NCBI GenBank assembly: GCA_002305675.1
Contig: DBQA01000006.1
Location: 123,581-187,580, forward strand
DNA from: Patescibacteria group bacterium UBA1406
GTDB taxonomy: Bacteria; Patescibacteriota; Microgenomatia; UBA1406
Direction: 5' to 3'
Length of the DNA stretch: 64,000 nt
Below are positions 1 through 12,144 of this stretch, piece after piece; the stretch's first letter is position 1; the number at the start of each line of letters is the position of its first letter. Both the position numbers and the translations under genes were made by a program. The notes under the pieces are model-generated. The model was not told the DNA's origin. It made no database searches and saw only the letters and a list, made by a program, of their open reading frames with translations.

Positions 1-439
1 AATCCCTCAATATCTGGTCAAAGATATCGCCTTTGGATATAATGCCGATGACCCTTTTCTTGTTGTCCAGAACAGGCAGCTGCCTGACCTGTAGCATCAG
101 CATCCGCGACAGTGCCTTGAATATACTGGCCTCCGGGTCGGTGGTGAACACAATCCTGTTCATGACGTCCTTGGCCTTCAGTTTCTTGAGCTTGACAACG
201 TCCTTTTCGAGGGAGCTCAAATTGAAATGGTTGAGGTCCTCCAGAAGCTCTGAGTATTCGGGGTAGATCTTCGCCAGGAGGTCTTCCTCGGAGATGATGC
301 CGAGGAGCCGGCTTTCCTTGTCCATGACCGGCAGGCCGTGGACGCCTTTTTTGAAAATGAGCCCCCAGACCTCCTGAAGAGGGGTTTCGGGGAAAACCCC
401 GATGACCTTCCTCTTCATGTAGTGCTTGACTTGTTTCAT
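1..439 (-). CDS. CBS-domain pair protein (partial, runs off window edge)
   Basis: Manual translation of minus strand from ATG at 439..437: MKQVKHYMKRKVIGVFPETPLQEVWGLIFKKGVHGLPVMDKESRLLGIISEEDLL...LMLQVRQLPVLDNKKRVIGIISKGDIFDQILRD; two CBS-like repeats; open to position 1 with no stop (hence absent from ORF track); ATG overlaps atpC stop (ATGA). Confidence 0.6.
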   Translation of the reverse strand, partial: MKQVKHYMKRKVIGVFPETPLQEVWGLIFKKGVHGLPVMDKESRLLGIISEEDLLAKIYPEYSELLEDLNHFNLSSLEKDVVKLKKLKAKDVMNRIVFTTDPEASIFKALSRMLMLQVRQLPVLDNKKRVIGIISKGDIFDQILRD

Positions 440-842
440 GCTCTCCGTTTAATTTTTTTCAGGACCTTGAGGTCTATTGTCGCCCGTCTCAGGACGGCGA
501 AGGCCTTTTTCCTGTCCGAGGAGTCCTTCTGCTCATGCAGAAGTTTTTCCGCCTGTTCCTTCACCTCGGTTATCTTTTTTTCGTCCAGGTCGTTTTGCCC
601 GAGTGCGCTTGATATCAGGATCCGGACGGTCTTTCCGTCGGTCTCGACGTAGCCGGCGCCGGCGGAAAAGTACTCTTCCTTATCCTTGCTCCTAACTGTT
701 ATAACACCTTCCCTCAATAAAGTCAATAAGGGGATATGGCGCGGCAGGATGGTGATCTCGCCCTCAACTGTCTGGCAGATAACACTATCCACTTCCCTGT
801 CCAGAACCGACTTCTCCGGCGTGATGATCTTCAGTTTCAGCA

Positions 843-843
<1 letters not shown>
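436..843 (-). CDS. atpC: F1 ATP synthase epsilon subunit
   Basis: 135 aa; position directly after atpD; typical epsilon N-terminal beta-sandwich sequence (ITPEKSVLDREVDSVICQTVEGEITILPRH). Confidence 0.9.
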
Positions 844-2231
<1,388 letters not shown>

Positions 2232-3101
2232 TTATGAAACTGCTAACCTGGCGGTATTCATATCCAAAAGCTCATTCGTTATCCTTTCCTGCCTGAGGCT
2301 GTTGCGGTACAGTGTCAGTCTGTAAACCAGCTCCTTCGAATTGTCAGTGGCATTCTTCATGGCCACCATCCTGGCCGAATGCTCGGCCGCCTCGCTTTCC
2401 TCGACCGCTCCCCGGATCTCGCTCTGCAGGAAAAAGTCGAACAATCCGTTCAGAACCCCGTTCACATCCGGTTCGATCACATAGTCGGCCGGTCTCTTGG
2501 TTTCAGCCGCGCCTTCGGGCCGCCCGCCCTTGAACACTTCCAGGTCGAAAGGCAAAAGGGTCTTCTTTGTCGGCCGATACACCAGACTGCTGACAAACTC
2601 GTTATAGTAAAGCTCCACGCCGGAGTTTTCCCCGCCGACGAACCTGTCCCGGGCCAGGGTAAAGATGGCGGTCGTGTTGTCCAGGAATGGCGTCTGGGAC
2701 GAAAAGTCGGCAATTATCTTGCCTCCCATATAGTACAAAAACTGCTGTGCCTTCAGGCCCATGACGATAAACTCGTAATCGTTAAAGTTGTCTATTTCCC
2801 TGTCCAGGAACTTGAACAGGTTGAAATTGAACACCCCTGCCAACCCCTTGTTGGACGAAATGACAATGGCGAGCTTTTTTTTCGCTCCTGTTTTTACTTT
2901 CATGAGCGGGTGCTCGGTGGCCGCGCTGGTAGACACCAGACTTTCGATCGTCTCCTCCAGTGTCAGCCGATAAGGCTTGCCGTGAGTTGCCCTTTCCTGC
3001 GCTTTCTTCATCTTGACGGCCGAAACAAGTTCCATAGCCCTTGTTATCTGGCCCACGTTCTGGATGGATTTGATCTTACTTTTCAGCTGTCTTAGATTCA
3101 T
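2232..3101 (-). CDS. atpG: F1 ATP synthase gamma subunit
   Basis: 289 aa; N- and C-terminal coiled-coil helices typical of gamma; between atpA and atpD. Confidence 0.9.
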   Translation of the reverse strand: MNLRQLKSKIKSIQNVGQITRAMELVSAVKMKKAQERATHGKPYRLTLEETIESLVSTSAATEHPLMKVKTGAKKKLAIVISSNKGLAGVFNFNLFKFLDREIDNFNDYEFIVMGLKAQQFLYYMGGKIIADFSSQTPFLDNTTAIFTLARDRFVGGENSGVELYYNEFVSSLVYRPTKKTLLPFDLEVFKGGRPEGAAETKRPADYVIEPDVNGVLNGLFDFFLQSEIRGAVEESEAAEHSARMVAMKNATDNSKELVYRLTLYRNSLRQERITNELLDMNTARLAVS

Positions 3102-4611
3102 CCTTCGTTTTGGGGAATATTGTTAAGAAATTCTTGGCGAACTCCTCGAGCTCCTTTTCCACTTCCGGGGAAATGACCTTCTCCTTGGCGATGGTTTTGA
3201 GAAGCTTCGGCCTGTCGGCCTCGAGCATGATCAGAAACTCGTCCTCGAACCGGCCGATCTCGGGAACCGGTATTTGTTCGGTATACCCCCTAACCCCGAC
3301 CCAGATGGCGACCACCTGTTTTTCCAGAGGCATGGGCTGGTGTTTGTCCTGCTTCAGGAGCTCATACATCCTGGCACCCCTGTTTAAGGTTTTCTTGGTC
3401 TCCTCGTCCAGTTCCGAGGCGAATTGCGAGAAAGCGGCAAGTTCACGGTATTGCGCCAGATCGATCTTGAGAGAGCCGGCTACCTGCTTCATGGCCTTTA
3501 CCTGGGCGGCCGAACCGACGCGGGAGACGCTGGCCCCGACATTGATGGCCGGCCTCATGCCCGCATTGAAAAGTTCTTTCTCCAGATAGATCTGTCCGTC
3601 GGTAATAGAGATGACGTTCGTTGGGATATAGGCAGAGATGTCCCCCTCCTGCGTTTCGATGATGGGCAGGGCGGTGATGGACCCGCCACCATATTTCTCG
3701 TCAAGACGTGCGGCCCTCTCCAAGAGCCGGGAATGCAGGTAGAAAACATCTCCGGGATACGCTTCGCGACCGGCCGGGCGCTTCAGAATCAATGATATCT
3801 GTCGGTAGGCCCAGGCGTGTTTAGTCAGGTCGTCATAGACTATAAGCACGTCCTTGCCCCTGTTCATGAAATACTCCGCCATGGCCGTGCCCGTATATGG
3901 AGCGATATATTGTTGGGATGCCGGGCTGGTGGCAGGCGCTGCCACCACGATGGTGTAGTCCATGGCCCCCTTCTCCGTCAACAGGTTGACAAACTGGGCA
4001 ATGGTGGACTCCTTCTGTCCAATGGCAACATATACACAGACGACATCCTGGTTCTGCTGGTTGATGATAGTATCCAAAGCAATGGTGGATTTGCCGGTCG
4101 CGCGGTCACCGATGATAAGCTCTCTCTGGCCGCGGCCAATGGGAATAAGGCTATCAATTGCTTTAATACCTGTTTGCAAAGGTACGGAGACCGACCTGCG
4201 GTAGATGATGCCTGGCGCCACTTTCTCTATCTCCTCGTGGTCCTCTGCCCGGATAGGTGAGAGACCGTCCACCGGATTCCCCAAAGGGTCGACCACCCGG
4301 CCCAAAAGCTTGTTGGAAACGGGTACGCTCATAATCTTACCGGTCAGGCTGGCCTTGCCTCCGACGCTTAACTGCTCGTAGGCGCCGAAGACAAGTACGG
4401 ACACATGTTTTTTCTCGAGATCGATGACCATACCTTTCTGGCCGAAGCCAAGCTCCACCATCTCGTTGTAGCGCGCGTTCGGCAGACCGGTCACCACCGC
4501 TATGCCGTCGAAAATCTGCACGATCTCCCCTGTTTCCACGATCTCCTTCTTGACCTGGTGCGCCTCTATCTGGCTGATGACGTCTTGGACGATTTTTTTC
4601 GCTTGCCTCAT
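3076..4611 (-). CDS. atpA: F1 ATP synthase alpha subunit
   Basis: 511 aa; Walker [10 protein letters not shown]; conserved alpha core; overlaps atpG start by 26 nt. Confidence 0.97.
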   Translation of the reverse strand: MRQAKKIVQDVISQIEAHQVKKEIVETGEIVQIFDGIAVVTGLPNARYNEMVELGFGQKGMVIDLEKKHVSVLVFGAYEQLSVGGKASLTGKIMSVPVSNKLLGRVVDPLGNPVDGLSPIRAEDHEEIEKVAPGIIYRRSVSVPLQTGIKAIDSLIPIGRGQRELIIGDRATGKSTIALDTIINQQNQDVVCVYVAIGQKESTIAQFVNLLTEKGAMDYTIVVAAPATSPASQQYIAPYTGTAMAEYFMNRGKDVLIVYDDLTKHAWAYRQISLILKRPAGREAYPGDVFYLHSRLLERAARLDEKYGGGSITALPIIETQEGDISAYIPTNVISITDGQIYLEKELFNAGMRPAINVGASVSRVGSAAQVKAMKQVAGSLKIDLAQYRELAAFSQFASELDEETKKTLNRGARMYELLKQDKHQPMPLEKQVVAIWVGVRGYTEQIPVPEIGRFEDEFLIMLEADRPKLLKTIAKEKVISPEVEKELEEFAKNFLTIFPKTKDESKTAEK

Positions 4612-4614
4612 TGG

Positions 4615-4911
4615 TTACGTATTTAAACTTTCAGTAATTTCCCTCAACTTGGTCTTGAGGGAATAATCCAAAAAGTACGGTCCGAATCTGATGATCAGGC
4701 CGCCGAGGATATCGGGGTCGACCACGTTCTCCAGGACCACCTCCTCAAAAGATTCCAATCCCAGTCCCTTCAGGACCTCCTGCTCCTCCTCCTGGTCAAG
4801 CTTATAGGTACTCGTGACCAACAGCTTCTGGGCCTTGCCGTTCAGCAAGGACTTCAAAGCCTCCTTCAGCTCGGGGCTGGTTCTGGTAGCGCTCACGGTA
4901 TTAGTCGGCAT
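4615..4911 (-). CDS. atpH: ATP synthase delta (OSCP) subunit, unusually short (C-terminal domain only)
   Basis: 98 aa ending ...DPDILGGLIIRFGPYFLDYSLKTKLREI, which matches the conserved delta C-terminus; sits between atpF and atpA; no in-frame extension upstream. Confidence 0.7.
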   Translation of the reverse strand: MPTNTVSATRTSPELKEALKSLLNGKAQKLLVTSTYKLDQEEEQEVLKGLGLESFEEVVLENVVDPDILGGLIIRFGPYFLDYSLKTKLREITESLNT

Positions 4912-5404
4912 GCTTCACTTTCGGCAACTTCCGGGCAACCTCCTTGGTGATCTGCTTCTGCAGGTCACCACCGACAGTTTCCCTAATGGCTTTTTCCGCC
5001 AAGGCCAGGGCTATTTGGGAGGCCTCCTTTTTCACTTCCTCATACATCTTCTCGCGCTCGCTCTCGATCAGTTCCATGTTGTGCTTCCGTATCTCCTCCG
5101 CTTCGACCTGGGCATCCTTCAGGATCTGTCTCTTGGCCTCGTTCGTCTCTTTCTTCATCTTGGCGTACATTTTCTTGAGCTTGTCCTCATAGGCCTCTTC
5201 CAAGGCCACCTTCCTCTCATACAGCTCTTTCTCTTTCTTCTCGTACGCCTCGATCTTCTTGATGGCAGATTTCTCCTTTTCCTCCTGTTCCTTGATAGAG
5301 TTCAGGAAAGGCCGGTACACGAACTTTCTGAACACCACAAAAAGAAGGAGAAAGTTTATTACCTGCGCCAAAAGTATCTTGATATCGATCCCTAAATTTT
5401 CCAT
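4901..5404 (-). CDS. atpF: F0 ATP synthase subunit b
   Basis: 167 aa; N-terminal TM helix then long charged coiled coil (EEKEKSAIKKIEAYEKKEKELYERK...); operon position. Confidence 0.9.
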   Translation of the reverse strand: MENLGIDIKILLAQVINFLLLFVVFRKFVYRPFLNSIKEQEEKEKSAIKKIEAYEKKEKELYERKVALEEAYEDKLKKMYAKMKKETNEAKRQILKDAQVEAEEIRKHNMELIESEREKMYEEVKKEASQIALALAEKAIRETVGGDLQKQITKEVARKLPKVKHAD

Positions 5405-5421
5405 TTGTTACAAAGCTTTTT

Positions 5422-5649
<228 letters not shown>

Positions 5650-5674
5650 TTATATTTTCATCCCCCTTCAATGG

Positions 5675-6484
5675 TTAATGACTGTGGTCGGTGATGGCAA
5701 CTGATAACATGATTGCCGAAAGCATCGAGAACACCAGGGCCTGTATAAAGCCGACAAAGAATTCAAAGACCAGGAACGGGAAGGACGCCAGTACCGGGAC
5801 CAGAAAGGCGACCACGGTCAGAAGCACCTCGCCCGCGAAAATGTTACCGAACAAACGGAAAGAGAAAGAGATAGCCTTCGATATCTCGGAAATTATCTCC
5901 AGGAGGCCGACAAAGGTCTTGATAGGGTTCGTGAAGTTGAAAAATTTCCCCAGGTATTTGCCCCAGCCAAGATATTTGACGGAAAAGACCTGGATCATCA
6001 GGACAGAAAAGAATCCGAGCGCCAGGGTCGTATTCAGGTCGGCGGTACCCGCCCTGAGGAGGGGTACCATCTCGCCGTGCACTTTGACAAGAAGCGTCCC
6101 CACTCCCGGCAAAAGCCCCAGCCAGTTCAGGAACAGGATATAGATGAAGAAGCTTGCCACCAGTGGAAAAAATACATCCACCTTCCCGCCGAAGACCGAG
6201 GCGAAAAGGCCATAGATACCCCTCAGCATCAGGTTCATCACCTGATAGACGCTGCCCTTCTTGGTGTAGAGATAGGCGAGAACGATCAGAATGGCCAAGG
6301 CTATCCAGCTTGTCAGCAAGGAGTTCGTGACCTCCAGGCCGAACAGGTTGAACAGGGGTTCCGCCTTGATGCTGATGTGGGGGGTGCTGGCCGCAGCCTC
6401 ATGGACTGCCCCGGCCTCTGCGGGGATGGGGTTCTTGTCGACTACTTGGTCTTGGACAACTTTCGCAAGTGTGGCAAGCTCCAT
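5675..6484 (-). CDS. atpB: F0 ATP synthase subunit a
   Basis: 269 aa polytopic; conserved RLFGNIFAGEVLL motif of subunit a. Confidence 0.95.
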   Translation of the reverse strand: MELATLAKVVQDQVVDKNPIPAEAGAVHEAAASTPHISIKAEPLFNLFGLEVTNSLLTSWIALAILIVLAYLYTKKGSVYQVMNLMLRGIYGLFASVFGGKVDVFFPLVASFFIYILFLNWLGLLPGVGTLLVKVHGEMVPLLRAGTADLNTTLALGFFSVLMIQVFSVKYLGWGKYLGKFFNFTNPIKTFVGLLEIISEISKAISFSFRLFGNIFAGEVLLTVVAFLVPVLASFPFLVFEFFVGFIQALVFSMLSAIMLSVAITDHSH

Positions 6485-6492
6485 TGATTGAT

Positions 6493-6720
6493 TTACCTTT
6501 CTTTTGTCAGCTTAAAGAGATTGTAAAAACTGGCTACAGTTCCCAAAAATAAAAACACCAACATGAACGTTGGTCGTACACCGAAAATCCTATCAAGAAC
6601 AAGCCCGATTGTCAACCCTAAAAAGATGGGTACCACGGTATATATGCCCATACTTGAGTATTTCAGATAAAACAGTGGGCTCGGCCTTGTTTTCCTGGGC
6701 CGCTTTTCTTTAATGTTCAT
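6493..6720 (-). CDS. AtpZ/AtpI-like small membrane protein (ATP synthase gene 1 family)
   Basis: 75 aa, two TM helices, pattern GL.IGLVLDRIFGVRP.F typical of the AtpZ family; immediately upstream of atpB; overlaps dnaE stop by 11 nt. Confidence 0.6.
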   Translation of the reverse strand: MNIKEKRPRKTRPSPLFYLKYSSMGIYTVVPIFLGLTIGLVLDRIFGVRPTFMLVFLFLGTVASFYNLFKLTKER

Positions 6721-9700
6721 ACATTCTCAGCGAGACCGCCTCTTCGGCGATGATAACCTGTTCGTCGTCCTTTTCCTGGAGCTTTCCCTTGACCAGAAGT
6801 ACCTGGTTACCCGCCCAGATGTCCTTGTTTCGGGCATAGGTTTTAGGGAAGACCACCACTTCGACCTCGTCCGTGTAGTCGGTGATGGTGGCAAAGACCA
6901 TCTCGTCACCGTTCCGGCGGGTATGGATCTTCTTGACCGCTTTGATGATGCCGCCAACGACCACTATCCCGGCTTTGCGCTCTGCAAGCTCGTGGAGAGG
7001 GACGGTCCTTTTTTTCCGGAAAAGTTCCTGATATTTGTCCAGGGGGTTGACCGAAAGATGAAAGCCGATGGCTTCCCGCTCAAAGGCTACGAGTTCGTCC
7101 TCGGAGAATTCCTGGACCGCAGGCAGGACCTCTCTTGAGGCGGCATCGGGTTTTTGGAACATGTCGCCCGAGAAAAGCCCGAACTGGCCTTCGTCCTCTT
7201 TAGTCTTTTCCTTCTGGATCTCCTTCACCACTTGGGAATAGTAGACCAGGAGCTGTGCCCTCCTGCCGAACTCGTCGAAGGCACCGGCATAGATCAGGCT
7301 CTCAACCGTCTTCTTGTTGACCTTTCTCAGGTCCACCCGAAGGAGAAAGTCGCGGAATGAGCCGAACGGTTTCTCAACCCTGGCTTCCCTGATGCTCTCG
7401 ATAGCAGCAGAACCGACGTTCTTGACGGCATTCAGCCCGAACCTGATGGCGTCGTCCTCGATGGCGAAATCATCCTCCGATTTGTTTATATGCGGAGGCA
7501 ATACCTCTATCTTCATACGCTTGCATTCCTCCAGGATCTGGACAATCTTCTGCTCGCGGTCGGAGCCGGTGGCGTGCTGTATCTCCGCCGTCAAGAGGGC
7601 GGTCATGAACTCGACCGGGTAGTGGGCCTTCACGTACGCCGTCCAGTAGGCAATGGTCGCGTAGCTCGCGCTGTGGGCTTTGTTGAATCCATATGCCGCG
7701 AACTTCTCGATGAATTCGAAGAGCTGCTCGGCCAGCTTTTTCGAGTACCCTTTGTCAGCGCACCCCTTGAGAAATCTGACCTGCCCGAGGCGCATAAGCT
7801 CCTTTTTTTTCTTGCCCATGGCCATCCGGAGCATGTCCGCCTCGGACATCGTAAAGCCGGCGATGCGGTGGGCAATCTCGGTCACCTGCTCCTGGTAGAC
7901 AAGAATGCCGTAGGTTTCCGACAGGATGGGTTTCAGGTCCGGATGCAGGTACTTTATCTTCTGGGGGTTTTTCTTGCCCTCGATGAACTGCGGGATAAGG
8001 GCCATCGGGCCAGGCCGGAAGAGAGCCACCATGGCCGAGATGTCCGAAAACTGGTTGGGCTTGAGGTCCTTGGCCAGCCTCTGCATCCCGCGGGACTCAA
8101 GCTGGAAGATGCCAATGGTCGTGCCGGCGGCGACCAGTTCATAAGGTTTCTTATCGTCCAGACCGATCTCCGACAGTTTGAGGCTGACACCCTTGTTCTT
8201 GGCCACATATTTGAGGGCATTTTCCAGGATGGTCAGGTTCCTCAGTCCCAGGAAGTCGAACTTCAAAAGCCCGATGGCCTTGTTCTCCTGGACCGCGTTC
8301 AGGTCCAGGCAGTACATATCGTATTGGGTGATGGTCTTGCCGCCGCGGGATTCCCTCTGTACCGGCGTATATTCTGTTAGTTTCTTGTCTGCCACTACCA
8401 CCCCCGCCGCATGGACCGAGGAGTGTCTTACGAGTCCCTCAAGTTTCTTGGACACGTCCAGAAGATGCTTGGTCTTGTCGTCCGTCTTCGACAGATGGAG
8501 AAGTTCCGGCGACTCCTGCAGAGCCCCTTCGATGGACATGGGAAAGCCCTGTTTGCCCTGGGGAATAAGCTTGGCCACGCGATCTCCCTGAGAATAGGAC
8601 CATCCCAAAGCCCTCGCCACATCCCTGATCACCATTCTCGCCTCCATAGTGCCGAAGGTAATGATCTGGGCGACCTTATCCGCCCCGTACTTGTTCATGA
8701 CATAGCGCACCACCTCGTCCCTTCTAATATCGGCAAAGTCGATATCGATGTCCGGGGGGGTCGGCCGGTCGGGATTCAGGAAGCGCTCAAAAGGCAGGTT
8801 GTGCGCGAGAGGGTTAAGGTCGGTGATCCCAAGCACATAGGCTACTATGGAGCCGGCTGCCGAACCCCTACCCGGCCCGACCACGATCCCGTTCTCTTTG
8901 GCCCAGTTGACAAAATCCTGGACGACCAGGAAGTAGGTGGCGTATCCTTTGGAAGTGATCACCCCGAGTTCATACTCGGTCCTCTTTTTGATCTCGTCGG
9001 ACACTTCACCGTATCTATAGCCTATCTTCTCATAGGTCAGTTTCCTAAGCCATGATTCTGCGCTTTCCCGGTTCGGAACATCATATTTGGGCAGGATCCA
9101 TTGTCCATAAGGGATCGCCACGTCACATCTTTCGGCTATGGCCACCGTATTATCGATGGCCTCGGGGTAATCCAGAAACATCCCCTTCATCTCTTCCGGA
9201 GTTTTCAGGTAATAGTCCGGTACGTCGAGCATGGACAGGGGACGGTTTTTTTCGAGAATGGAGGTCCGCGTCTGGATGCATAAGAGTATTTCCTGGGCAT
9301 AGGCATCCTCCTTGTCCAGGTAATGGACGTCGTTCGTGGCCACCAGGGGGACGGCGAACTTGCGGGATAGCTTGATGAGCTCCTGGTTCAGCCCCTCAAG
9401 TTCCGCAATCTGGGAATGCCGTTGAAGCTCCAGATAGAAATTTCCCTCCCCGAAGACCTCCAGGTAGTTCCTTAGCCACTTCTCCGCCCTGTCCTGTTCC
9501 TTGTTCAGGAGACTCTGGCTGATGATGCCCTGCATGCAGCCGGACAGGGCAATAAGGCCTTCGCTGTGCTCCTTCAAAAGCTCTAGGTCCACCCGTGGCC
9601 GGTAGTGGAAGCCCTCCATGTGCGCATGGCTGACGAGTTTCATCAGGTTCCGGTAGCCTGCCAGGTTCTTGGCCAGGAGCACCAGATGGAACTGGTCGCT

Positions 9701-9949
9701 GCCCAGCCTCTTCTGCTTGTCAAAACGGGAGCCTTCGGCCTGGTATATTTCGCAGCCCACGATGGGTTTGATCCCCGCCTCCCTGGCCTTCAAAAAGAAT
9801 TTGAACGAACCGTACATGGCTCCGTGGTCGGTGAGGGCAACGGAATTCATCCCCAGGGCCCTGGTCTTCTCCAGGAGGTTCTTAATCTTGACGGCCCCGT
9901 CCAGTAAAGAATATTCAGAGTGGACATGGAGATGGACGAAATCGCTCAT
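6710..9949 (-). CDS. dnaE: DNA polymerase III alpha subunit
   Basis: 1079 aa; N-terminal PHP domain HLHVHSEYSLLDGA; polymerase core motifs; OB-fold near C-terminus. Confidence 0.97.
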   Translation of the reverse strand: MSDFVHLHVHSEYSLLDGAVKIKNLLEKTRALGMNSVALTDHGAMYGSFKFFLKAREAGIKPIVGCEIYQAEGSRFDKQKRLGSDQFHLVLLAKNLAGYRNLMKLVSHAHMEGFHYRPRVDLELLKEHSEGLIALSGCMQGIISQSLLNKEQDRAEKWLRNYLEVFGEGNFYLELQRHSQIAELEGLNQELIKLSRKFAVPLVATNDVHYLDKEDAYAQEILLCIQTRTSILEKNRPLSMLDVPDYYLKTPEEMKGMFLDYPEAIDNTVAIAERCDVAIPYGQWILPKYDVPNRESAESWLRKLTYEKIGYRYGEVSDEIKKRTEYELGVITSKGYATYFLVVQDFVNWAKENGIVVGPGRGSAAGSIVAYVLGITDLNPLAHNLPFERFLNPDRPTPPDIDIDFADIRRDEVVRYVMNKYGADKVAQIITFGTMEARMVIRDVARALGWSYSQGDRVAKLIPQGKQGFPMSIEGALQESPELLHLSKTDDKTKHLLDVSKKLEGLVRHSSVHAAGVVVADKKLTEYTPVQRESRGGKTITQYDMYCLDLNAVQENKAIGLLKFDFLGLRNLTILENALKYVAKNKGVSLKLSEIGLDDKKPYELVAAGTTIGIFQLESRGMQRLAKDLKPNQFSDISAMVALFRPGPMALIPQFIEGKKNPQKIKYLHPDLKPILSETYGILVYQEQVTEIAHRIAGFTMSEADMLRMAMGKKKKELMRLGQVRFLKGCADKGYSKKLAEQLFEFIEKFAAYGFNKAHSASYATIAYWTAYVKAHYPVEFMTALLTAEIQHATGSDREQKIVQILEECKRMKIEVLPPHINKSEDDFAIEDDAIRFGLNAVKNVGSAAIESIREARVEKPFGSFRDFLLRVDLRKVNKKTVESLIYAGAFDEFGRRAQLLVYYSQVVKEIQKEKTKEDEGQFGLFSGDMFQKPDAASREVLPAVQEFSEDELVAFEREAIGFHLSVNPLDKYQELFRKKRTVPLHELAERKAGIVVVGGIIKAVKKIHTRRNGDEMVFATITDYTDEVEVVVFPKTYARNKDIWAGNQVLLVKGKLQEKDDEQVIIAEEAVSLRMYEH

Positions 9950-10043
9950 GCTTAATATCTTATAAAATTTTCCATGCTTTAACCACCCCGGTTTTATCTC
10001 CGGGTTGACAACTGCGCGTTTTATTGACAGAATTAATTAGCAT

Positions 10044-11072
10044 ATGGAAAAAAAGGATGGCATCCTAAAAGTGGAGATCACCAGTCGGACGATCCTGTTC
10101 ACGGTGGGGCTCATTCTTTTCCTTTTCTTCCTGTGGAACATTACGGACCTCTTCATCAATCTCTTCATCGCCTTCATCCTGATGTCGTCCCTGAAGCCCC
10201 TGGTGGACTGGCTGGAACAGAACCGGATACCACGCGCCCTGTCATCCATCCTCGTCCTTCTCGTCAGTATGGGCCTCATCATGACCCTGCTGTACCTGGC
10301 CCTACCCCCACTCCTCAGCCAGACCATCGGCTTCTTCGTTTATCTGTCGCGGGAACTGATGACGCTATTGCAGAGACTGGATACCCAACTGACGCCCAGG
10401 GACATCCTGGATCAGATCCCGGCCTTTTCCCAGCAGCTACCGAACCTGACCAATATCGTTTACCGGACTCTTTACGCATTTTTCGGCAACATCCTGAATA
10501 TCATATCCGTATTCTTCTTCACCCTATACTTTCTTTTGGGGATAAACAAGCTGGAAGAACTGGCCAGCCGCTTTCTCAACCGCCGCCAGTCCGAGTTCTT
10601 CATGGAGACCCTCAGGAGCGTCGAGAAACAGCTTGGCGCCTGGATGAGAGCGGAGTTCATGCTCATGCTTCTCATCGGGCTGATGTCATATGTCGGCCTG
10701 AGCATATTGAACGTCCGCTACGCCCTGCCTCTGGCCGTCATCGCCGGCATCCTCGAGATCTTCCCCATCATCGGGCCCACCCTGTCCCTGATCCCCGCCT
10801 TTTTCGTGGCAGCCACGAGCTCATGGGTATTGGGGCTCGCGGTGATCGGGCTGTATATCCTTATCCAGCAGCTTGAGAACAACCTGGTCGTGCCCTTGGT
10901 GATGAAAAAGGCCGTGGGCATTCCGCCCCTCGCGGTCTTGATCTCGGTTTACATCGGACAGAGGTTGGCCGGGATATACGGCATTGTGCTGGCTGTTCCA
11001 CTGGTGGCCACTCTGGTCATCATCGCCAAGGAGATCTACAAATACCGGGAGCCACGGCTCAGCGAGAACTGA
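10044..11072 (+). CDS. AI-2E family transporter (PerM/UPF0118)
   Basis: 342 aa, about 8 TM helices; architecture and C-terminal AGI.EIFP.IGP motif region typical of the AI-2E family. Confidence 0.75.
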   Translation: MEKKDGILKVEITSRTILFTVGLILFLFFLWNITDLFINLFIAFILMSSLKPLVDWLEQNRIPRALSSILVLLVSMGLIMTLLYLALPPLLSQTIGFFVYLSRELMTLLQRLDTQLTPRDILDQIPAFSQQLPNLTNIVYRTLYAFFGNILNIISVFFFTLYFLLGINKLEELASRFLNRRQSEFFMETLRSVEKQLGAWMRAEFMLMLLIGLMSYVGLSILNVRYALPLAVIAGILEIFPIIGPTLSLIPAFFVAATSSWVLGLAVIGLYILIQQLENNLVVPLVMKKAVGIPPLAVLISVYIGQRLAGIYGIVLAVPLVATLVIIAKEIYKYREPRLSEN

Positions 11073-12039
11073 GATATTCCAGCAGGCCGTGGTGCAATTC
11101 CTTTTCCCCATCCCAGAGCCGGATGTTATATCCCTGGGGCAGGTCATGGGGATCCTCCCTCCTGAAGTCCAGAGCCCGGACCTTTCTGGAGACTGCCCGG
11201 CACATGTCGAAGTCGGGTCCCCCTTTTTTCTGCGCATACTTGTCGCCCCAGATCTCTATCTCGTCCGCCTCGCTGATCGCTTCCCTATCGATGTCAAGCT
11301 GCTTCAGGATACTGTCGTGGCTTAGCACAAATTCAATGGCCCTGGTCTTGTCCACTCCGGAAAGGATGCTGTCCAGCGCGCATGTGCCACCCAGTTTGGG
11401 AGCGATGGGCAAACCTTCCCGCCTGTATTCCTCCCTCAGAAAATCCATCACCACCGGCCGCAGGTCATAGGCGTCGTGGAAAAGCGGGATATTGATCCCA
11501 AGTTCTTTTTCTATCCGCCGTTTCTCCGATTCCGACAGGTCGACGGCATTCACGAACTCGAGCGTTATCTGCGGGCCCCTGTCCGCAAGCATTATGGACA
11601 GCGGTGCCCTCCGGGTGAGGGCACGAAAATCCTCCTTCGGTTGTGTATCGTAAGTGGAGAGTCCGAACCTCTTGACGGTCCGGGCAACCACCTCCCTCCA
11701 TCTTGTCTTTCCATCATCGTCCAACAGGGTATCATAGATACCGTAATACGGTGCCTCTTTGAGCCGGCCGTCAGCTTCGAAACCCCAGACCTCCGCTCCC
11801 ATGCAGTGGGCAACGAGCACCCGGTGGCGAAGCTCCTTGTCAAGCCGGTCCGTTATCCTTTCCCGAATGCTCGATAGGCCGCCTCCGGAGATGAGAAAAA
11901 GCACCTTCCTTTCCGCCAGAAGGGCGTTCAGCTCTTTAATCATCTCCCGGGTGGCCGGCCGGTAGACGTCGGCCACGGTCTCGTCCACGTCGGACAATAT
12001 CAGTCTGACCTTGGGATTGAATTTTATTGAGGCAACCAT
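11059..12039 (-). CDS. HAD-superfamily (IIB-like) phosphatase/hydrolase
   Basis: 326 aa; motif I LSDVDETV (DxDxT); LISGGG motif II region; longer than typical Cof-type. Confidence 0.6.
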   Translation of the reverse strand: MVASIKFNPKVRLILSDVDETVADVYRPATREMIKELNALLAERKVLFLISGGGLSSIRERITDRLDKELRHRVLVAHCMGAEVWGFEADGRLKEAPYYGIYDTLLDDDGKTRWREVVARTVKRFGLSTYDTQPKEDFRALTRRAPLSIMLADRGPQITLEFVNAVDLSESEKRRIEKELGINIPLFHDAYDLRPVVMDFLREEYRREGLPIAPKLGGTCALDSILSGVDKTRAIEFVLSHDSILKQLDIDREAISEADEIEIWGDKYAQKKGGPDFDMCRAVSRKVRALDFRREDPHDLPQGYNIRLWDGEKELHHGLLEYLSSR

Positions 12040-12049
12040 ATCGTTTGTA

Positions 12050-12135
12050 TGGTGCCGCGGGAGAGACTTGAACTCTCACGCCTTGTGGGCACAGCCTCCT
12101 CAAGACTGCGTGTCTACCAATTCCACCACCGCGGC
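12050..12135 (-). tRNA. tRNA-Leu (anticodon GAG), type II with long variable arm, CCA encoded
   Basis: Minus strand reads GCCGCGGUGGUGGAAUUGGUAGACACGCAGUCUUGAGGAGGCUG...GAGAGUUCAAGUCUCUCCCGCGGCACCA; D-loop AAUUGGUAGA typical of Leu; anticodon loop UUGAGGA; T-arm GAGAG/CUCUC. Confidence 0.9.
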
Positions 12136-12144
12136 ATTACGGGT

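Noticed and set aside
9950-10043. Possible oriC or DnaA-box cluster next to dnaE
   Set aside because: No TTATCCACA-like boxes are present. The region only shows two TTGACA hexamers consistent with divergent promoters.
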